In this document: piece after piece, positions 43,101 to 49,606 of the stretch
How positions within the stretch are numbered: the stretch's first letter is position 1
How the letters are laid out: each line of letters starts with the position of its first letter
Assembly: GCA_001724265.1 (NCBI GenBank)
Contig: MEDY01000215.1
Location: 1 to 49,606 of the forward strand
DNA: 49,606 bases
Direction of reading: 5' to 3'
Origin: Rhizaria sp. SCN 62-66
Taxonomy: Eukaryota
Translations under genes and position numbers: made by a program
The notes under the pieces: generated by a model
The model's input: only the letters and a program-made list of their open reading frames with translations
Database searches by the model: none
Told to the model about the DNA's origin: nothing

Positions 43101-43963
43101 ACCCCGTAGCGCCGCGCGAGGCCGGTGCGCCGCTTAAGCTGGCCGCCGGCGAGCGCGCCGCGGTCGATCCCGTCGCCGCCGACGACGCGCTGCGCCGCGC
43201 GCAGGAGGTGCTGGACGACCGCGCGGCGGATAAGGCGCGCCGGCTCGCGCAGATCCGCAGCAAGGTCTCCGCCGCGGCCGCCGCGGCCGACGGCGACGCA
43301 CTGGACGCCGACGTCGCTCTCGAGGACGGCGAGTACGCCGCTGCTGCTGTTGATGCACAGTCCAAGGCCAAGTCAAAGTCAAAGTCCGCGAAGGAGCCCG
43401 CGCTGAACGAGGCGGAGCTCGCGGAGCGGAGCGTGTTTCCCCTTGGCGCGGGCGCCGACGACGTTGTGTTACCGCGCGAAGGCAGCGTTCGCGACCGCAA
43501 AGCCGTGCTGCGCGCGCTCGCCGACGCCGAAGCGTTGGCCGTGGAGGCGCTCGACGCCCGCGAGCGCGCACGGCAGGTGCAGGATCACAGCGCGCGGCTG
43601 CAGCGCAACGCCGAACGCGTGCTTGACCCGCGTGCTGATGATCCGACGGTGCGCAAAGCGAGCGCGTTCGAAGGGCCCGGCACGTTTGTGCCGCTGCTGC
43701 GGGAGGCGGCCGGGTCGCAGCAGGCGCTGGCGCACGAGCGCGTGTTTCTTAAGCCCGCCGTGTCGTCGACGCTGATCGACCCGGCGCGGACGATCGAGGC
43801 CGAGGAGACGGCGCCGCCCGCCTGGCATGCTGGTGCGCAGTCGGCGTGGGACGAGTACCACAAAGACCAGCTTACCAGTCGTCTCCGCGCGCGCCTCCAG
43901 GAACAGCTTGCTGACCTCGAGGCGGACGACGAGGACGGCGACGGCGGGTTTGACCGCCACTGA
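40198..43963 (+). CDS. RNA-binding protein with two RRM domains, possible mitochondrial presequence (exons 40198-40297, 40464-43963; about 1199 aa)
   Basis: Exon 1 MMSLAKAERVASHIRTTASGRAVSKVISSAAAY, intron GTACGT...CAG. RNP2/RNP1-like motifs KVFVTNIPP...HAYVYFAT and SITLFGL...NTGACYIHFYTHADASAAFRALNG. TGA stop. Confidence 0.75.
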
Positions 43964-44407
43964 GCAGTCGGCGCCGGTGAGGCGAGGACTGAGAGAGGGA
44001 CAAACGAATGAGATGGTGTTGATACAACGATGACAACTCGCTCGATATTTATTCATAACACAGTTTTGTGTATTATGGCATCTATAAAGTTAAAAATAAT
44101 TCAATTATCATCTGATTTAAGTTATTTTCTATCCTTAAATTATGTCTATGTTCATTTTTGAGCTGTTTACATGTCCATACCAGTTGAAATTGAACTCTAA
44201 CCACAACTCGGTCTGGTAGCTGTGGAGTTGTGGCTCGATTGGCAGCGGCGGAGAGAAGAGCAATTTTGCGTGAAGCAAAAGTGGCTTGAGACGCGTCAAC
44301 AGTCCGTTCACCGTTGAACTAGCGTTGTGTAGAAGGACAACAGTACCTGCTACATTGATCGATTAAAACACTTAGTCTATCACGTGTGACTTTGCCTGTC
44401 TCCCAGC

Positions 44408-45515
44408 ATGGAAATGTACGTCCCTCGCCCCACTCTTTGACCCGACCTATCCGTACCACCTCTTTGCCATCGGCTCGCTTCCCATGAGGTTTTCTTCGCA
44501 AATGTTGCTTGCTCACTTCACACTCGCGCCTGTTATTTGCTTGTATAGCCTTGGTGTTGACGGCTTCCTCTCCGACTACGAGGTTTTCGAGGCGCTCAAC
44601 TCGGCCAACTTCGCGGCCACACCCGAGTTCTCTGACCTCGACTCGCGCCTGCACTCTGTGACGCGCAACATCGACCAGCTGCGCCGCAACCTGCGCAACG
44701 TGCCCGGTGCGACGTTGCCGAACGGGCGGCCCGTGCGCCCGCTGTCAGAGGACCAGCGCCGTCACATGGAGGCCGAGCTTGTGCACGCCACACAACAGCA
44801 GCAGCGCCTGCAACGCGCTGAGGACCTCGCGTGGATCCGCTCCCAGACGCTCAAGTACCTCAGCCACGCGCCGGGCTCCACGCAGTCGGTCGAGCACGTG
44901 CGCGGCTTCTTCACCAAGCTGGCTGCGCTGCAGAAAGAGCACCGATTTGAGCTCATGGCGCATGAGGCGCTGCAGCTCGTCAATCTGCGCCCCACCACCG
45001 CTATCGAGATGCACACCATCGTCGAGCAGTTTACCGAGGTACACACTTGCTCAGACATCTTCAATGCTTCAAAATTATTTATATATGGTATCTATTCGTA
45101 TTGTGATTTGACTCTTTGTTTCTCACCGACATCTTTGGTTTCATAACTCTATTCTTGTTCATTGCTCTTTTAGCGTCTGCGCACGGAGGCCGCGCGCGCC
45201 GCGCTTGAGGCACTGGTGCTGGAGGCGCTGCCCGAGCCGCCGCTCAGAGAGGACGCCGCGAGCGAGGAAGCCGCGGCCGCCGCCGCCGCCGCTGCGGCCG
45301 CCGCGGGCGACTCCTCCTCAGCCGCTGGCGCGGGTAGCGCGGACGCTGACGCCGACGGTGACAGCGAAGTCGAGGACCACGACGCTGCGCTCCACGCGCT
45401 CGCGGACTCGGACGAGCAGCACCGCGCCATGCGCGACGAAGTCGATTTCTCCACCGACGCGCGCGCGCAGGTTGACGCCGAGACCGACGGGCAGCCCGCT
45501 GCCGGAGACGACTGA
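44408..45515 (+). CDS. RPC9: RNA polymerase III subunit RPC9/C17 (CRCP); exons 44408-44415, 44549-45038, 45174-45515; 279 aa
   Basis: Spliced N-terminus MEILGVDGFLSDYEVFEAL matches the Rpc17/CRCP LSNYEV motif. TLKYL motif and HRDC-like LMAHEALQLVNLRPTTAIEMHTIVEQFTE-RL. 8-nt first coding exon. TGA stop. Confidence 0.88.
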
Positions 45516-46366
45516 GAATGATGAGAGAGATTGTGAGAAACCTGGTGAGCTACATGGTGAGCTTAGCGAGGTGTTGCATCCAATCTCGAGCGATTGGGTG
45601 TGGGGTATGGCGTGTGTTCAGTGGTCTACTAGCGCTACGGTGCTGTGTTAGAGCGCGCGCTGTGGCGCTGCGTGACAGACGGACGTTTGACAGGACGACG
45701 AGCGAGGGTCAGATGGCCACGCGCACGTTTCAGACATGACGTATTTATGTAGCACGTCGTCGCCGTTATGGTGGAATAATTCAATATAATACAGACACAT
45801 ATATATAATACCGCTTCCAAATGTGGCTTAGGCTAACCTCATCATTAGCACTTGAATAATGAGCTGAACAGCAGATTTTCGCCGACTCGAATCGGTGTCT
45901 TACAGTGCGTCGGTGCTCACGGTCACTCGGTCTAGAAGCTCGTCGTGCGAAACTAGACGGATCGCCTGTTTCCAATCGTCATTTCTGACCTCCGCCAACG
46001 ACGCCAGGATATGCCTTGCGGAATATTAAGTACCAGTGTTTTTATATTAACAGGAAAAAACATTGCCTTTGTCGTAGGACGTTTTTCTATTGCTCTAAAT
46101 CAAGACTAGCTGGTGCTGATAGTCCGACGGTGCAAGCTCTGCGCGCATCGACGACAAACGCGACTTTTCCGTCTCAAAATGAAAGGACTACATATAACGA
46201 GTGTGTTCTTAGAGAGAATAATACTTTGTTCCACAGGAATACGCGCTTTATTTGCGCACTACACTTGTTTCTTCTCTTCTTTGAACTCCACTTCTCACGT
46301 CATCGCCCCAACCTCTCACTCACTCTGTCTTGGTCGTTGCTCTCCGCCTCTCAGATCAGTCTCAGT

Positions 46367-48010
46367 ATGATGCGTAAGCAGGTTCAGAGCAGCGTCGCTC
46401 GCGTTGCCCGTGCTGTGTCCCAGACTGTTGCCCCCGTCGCCACCGTTGCGGCCCGCGCCTTCTCCGCAGCCCCCGTCGCCGCCGCCCGCCGCGCGCCCCA
46501 GTCCACGGCCGCCTTCTCCGTCGGCGCGTCCCTCGCCGTCTCTAAGGCCGCCGCGTTCTCCGCGGCCGCCTTCCGCGCGCCCGCGCTGGCCGCCGCGCCT
46601 TGCCGCGCCTTCTCCGGCGCCGCTCCTGCGTTCCAGTACCTGACGATGCCCGCGCTGTCGCCCACGATGGAGTCCGGCGGCCTCGCTTCCTGGGCCAAGG
46701 CCGAGGGCGACGAGGTCAAGGCCGGCGATGTGATCGCGCAGATCGAGACGGACAAGGCGACGGTGTCGTTTGACGCCACCGAGGACGGCTTTATCGCCAA
46801 GCTGCTGCTTGCACCCGGCACTCAAAACGTCGCTGTCGGCACCCCCATCGCCATCGTCGTTGAGAACCAGGAGGACGTCGCGCACTTCAAGAACTTCACC
46901 GCCACCGCCTCCTCCTCCTCCGCTTCTGCTCCCGCCGCCGCCGCCGTCCCTGCTGCCGCTGCTCCTGCTGCCGCCGCCGCCCCCGCCGCGGCAGCCGCCC
47001 CTACCGCCGCTGTTGCTGCTTCGAAGACTTCTGGCGGCCGCATCATCGCGTCCCCCGCCGCCAAGACCCTCGCCGCGCAGCGTGGCATCGACCTCTCTCA
47101 GGTCGCCGGCACCGGCCCCGGCCACCGCATCGTCGCCGCCGACGTCGCCGAGTTCGTGCCTTCCGCCGCCCCCGCCGCCGCCGCCGCTGCCCCCGCCGCC
47201 GCCGCGCCCGCCGCCGCGCGCGCCGCCGCCCCCGCCGCCCCCGCCGTCTCTGCCGGCGGCGCTGCGGGCGAGGCTGATGGCGACTTTAAGGACGTCCCGC
47301 TGACGACGATGCGCCGCGTTATCGCCCAGCGCTTGCTGCAGTCGAAGCAGACTGTGCCGCACTACTACGTCACCATGGAGGTCCAGATGGACGCCGTCAA
47401 CGCTCTCCGCGCGCAGCTCAACAAGCAGCTCGCGGCCGGCGCCAAGGATGCCGCGTTGGCGCCCAAGCTCTCGGTCAACGACTTCATTATCAAGGCGACT
47501 GCTGCGGCGCTGCGCAAGGTACCCGCGGTCAACGCGTCGTGGCGCGAGACAGCGATCCGCGAGTTCAACTACGTCGACATCTCGGTCGCCGTGGCCACCG
47601 AGGCCGGGCTCATCACGCCCATCGTGGCCGACGCCGACGGCAAGGGGCTGGCGACCATTTCCAAGGAGATGAAGGACCTCGCCAAGCGCGCGCGCGAAGG
47701 CAAGCTGCAGCCGCAGGAGTTCCAGGGTGGCTGCTTCACCATCTCCAACCTGGGCATGTTCGGCGTCAAGCATTTCTCCGCCATCATCAACCCGCCCCAG
47801 GCCGGCATCCTCGCCGTCGGTGGCTCCGACGTCAAGGTCGTTCCCAACCCCGCGGCCGCGACGGACCCCACTGCGGCGCCCTTCAAGACCGTGACGGTGA
47901 TGTCCGTCACGGCGTCGTTCGACCACCGCGTTGTCGACGGCGCGGTCGGCGCGCAGTGGCTCGACGCGTTCAAGCAGTTCCTCGAGAAGCCCACCACCAT
48001 GCTCCTCTAA
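46367..48010 (+). CDS. DLAT: Mitochondrial pyruvate dehydrogenase E2 (dihydrolipoamide acetyltransferase)
   Basis: Presequence MMRKQVQSSVARVARA...RAFS. Lipoyl domain MPALSPTM...IETDKAT, E3-binding IIASPAAK...GTGPGHRI, catalytic FTISNLGMFG...AIINPPQ...FDHRVVDGAVGAQWL. TAA stop. Confidence 0.97.
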   Translation: MMRKQVQSSVARVARAVSQTVAPVATVAARAFSAAPVAAARRAPQSTAAFSVGASLAVSKAAAFSAAAFRAPALAAAPCRAFSGAAPAFQYLTMPALSPTMESGGLASWAKAEGDEVKAGDVIAQIETDKATVSFDATEDGFIAKLLLAPGTQNVAVGTPIAIVVENQEDVAHFKNFTATASSSSASAPAAAAVPAAAAPAAAAAPAAAAAPTAAVAASKTSGGRIIASPAAKTLAAQRGIDLSQVAGTGPGHRIVAADVAEFVPSAAPAAAAAAPAAAAPAAARAAAPAAPAVSAGGAAGEADGDFKDVPLTTMRRVIAQRLLQSKQTVPHYYVTMEVQMDAVNALRAQLNKQLAAGAKDAALAPKLSVNDFIIKATAAALRKVPAVNASWRETAIREFNYVDISVAVATEAGLITPIVADADGKGLATISKEMKDLAKRAREGKLQPQEFQGGCFTISNLGMFGVKHFSAIINPPQAGILAVGGSDVKVVPNPAAATDPTAAPFKTVTVMSVTASFDHRVVDGAVGAQWLDAFKQFLEKPTTMLL

Positions 48011-48721
48011 GTTAAGCCGCGATGGATGAACTAGAGCGTGAGCGAGAGGCGGCGCGAGTGAGGGGAGCAGATGGGAACAGGGAGACGACGGCCGTTGTTC
48101 ACCGCTGTTCACCATGAAGGTTGTCACAATCGTAACATGTCTTGGCAGCTGAGGCGGTTTATATTATCCTCTGCTGCGACCTATGTGTTCTGACATCCTT
48201 CGCATTTATTCTATGTATTTTGCTGCGTATCATTTCAAAAGCAATGGAGTAGCTTTGCTTTGTGATTGGTGGTGTCTCGGAACTGGATCAAGCAGCATCA
48301 GCGAATGCTGTTGGTGCTGAGTTGTTGTCGAGACGTGTGAGTTTCAGATGTATATTATTTCATCATCAAAATAGAGAAGTTCTAATGTGAATATTCAATT
48401 GCTACTTTTATGTTTGTCTCAAGACCCACGACAAGCTAGAGCTAGCCACCATTTCGTATTTGAGTAGCGTATCGCTCAACGCTGGTGCGTCATGCGACGT
48501 TCATCGCCCCCACTGCTGGTGCTCTCACAGCTTCAGTGCATTTGCGCCGTCTCAGCGTCTGTGACTCACTCCTCACAACGCCTCCGACCTCGCCTTAGGG
48601 CAGCGATGTTGTGGCACAACCTGCCGCGCCCTCACGTCACAGTCGCCACCGTTGCTGCTCTGCACACGCAGCTCCACAAGCGCCGTGACAACAAGGACCC
48701 GCACCACTGCCGCGACCATCA

Positions 48722-49606
48722 TTACCGCAGCCACCATGGCCGTGACCACTCTGGCGGTCTGATCACGCGTGCCACAAGCATGTAGAGCTGCATCGCCTTA
48801 TCCAGTGCATCGCCGCAGGATGCTTGATTCCCAACCAGATTAATCAGTGCGCCTGGGCCACCTGCCGCAAAGAAAGCTGCCAGGAACACGTTTTACGGCT
48901 CGGCGCCCTCTGCTAACACTGCGGGGTCCGCATTCGTGTCGCCAAGCTCAATGATCATGTGCACCACCTGCAAGAGCCGGCTCAGCAGCTTATTGGGCGG
49001 CGGCGCGGACAATAGGGAGGCAGCAGCCAGCGTCTGTGCACAGTAGCTGAGCGCACCGGAGTCAAGCAGGATCGTTGCCGCAGCGGCCCGGTCGCCATCG
49101 TCTTCACTGGACCCGGTCATCACCGGCACCAAATATTTCGTTTTCAAATAAAGTTCGCTGCACAAATCTTCATTTTCACTCTAAACACTCCCTGACATCA
49201 ATGCTTTTGTATAATCAAATTACCAAGTTGTTTGTCTATGGGAGATCCATTGCAATTTTCAATAAACTCATTGTTTGCATCTTGCATTGAATAACCTATG
49301 TATTTCTATCTTACGAATAGTAAGCTTATGTGCTAAGGAACAAAGAAAAGTGAACATCAAAACGCCTGCACGTAGATAAACGTCAATTCACAACGTTGCG
49401 CACTATAGAAAGGACGACGCGTCGACGGAAAGCCAGTATCATTGCCGTCAAGATCAATATCCATGGGGTGGTGATGTCGTAGCTGCGACCACTGCCGCAA
49501 GGGACTAGGCTGTCGCGACGTGATGGCCTGCGGCACCGTTACTATAGCCGTCGCCGTTACCATAGTCTAACTGACGGCCTCACCGGCGACATCGGAGAGG
49601 TCGGCG
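48722..49606 (-). pseudogene. Decayed coding-like relic (weakly ARM/helical-repeat-like fragments)
   Basis: Protein-like fragment AAAATILLDSGALSYCAQTL...LLQVVHMIIELG...AEP is followed in frame, after TAA 48893-48895, by 56 open codons (NVFLAAFFAAGGPGALINLV...). The upstream GC-rich block is broken in several frames, and no clean splice model was found. Confidence 0.35.

Noticed and set aside
44201-44233. 9-bp inverted repeat ccacaactc...gagttgtgg upstream of RPC9
   Set aside because: Short single hairpin that could arise by chance. No ncRNA or MITE features around it.
46316-48127. 603-aa minus-strand ORF over DLAT, and the many Arg/Pro/Gly-rich overlapping ORFs throughout
   Set aside because: Alternative-frame or antisense artefacts of very high GC coding sequence.
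48893-48895. In-frame TAA as evidence that UAA is also reassigned (ciliate-type UAR=Gln code)
   Set aside because: TAA terminates clathrin, DLAT, SEM1 and thiolase at their expected C-termini, and this instance lies in a decayed region.
1-49606. Suppressor-type tRNA(CUA), other RNA genes, CRISPR arrays or transposons
   Set aside because: I found no cloverleaf/T-loop signature, regular repeat-spacer array, or transposase/RT ORF by eye. A covariance-model search would be needed to exclude small RNAs.

Overview
Gene-dense nuclear DNA from an intron-containing microbial eukaryote, with very GC-rich, Ala-rich exons and AT-rich introns (105-268 nt) and spacers. I reconstructed 13 complete spliced genes: a signal-peptide HEAT-repeat protein, RPN13/ADRM1, VPS51, a LIN54/tesmin CXC protein, clathrin heavy chain, SEM1/DSS1, a degenerate NOG1-like domain fused to an SLC35F-like transporter, a large putative mitochondrial protein, an SCP2-type thiolase, NDOR1, a two-RRM protein, RPC9/CRCP and pyruvate dehydrogenase E2. 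There is also one gene running off the left edge and a decayed coding-like relic at the right edge. The main result is evidence for a variant nuclear genetic code in which UAG is a sense codon, most likely Gln, while UAA and UGA remain stops. Three in-frame TAGs interrupt otherwise continuous reading frames, one inside a CAA/CAG poly-Gln run and one at a CAG-equivalent position of an internal repeat, and none of the 13 gene ends uses TAG (7 TAA, 6 TGA). Other notable points are the NOG1 pseudo-GTPase/transporter fusion and a strong GTACG(T) 5' splice-site consensus. All family assignments come from motif recognition by eye, not database searches.
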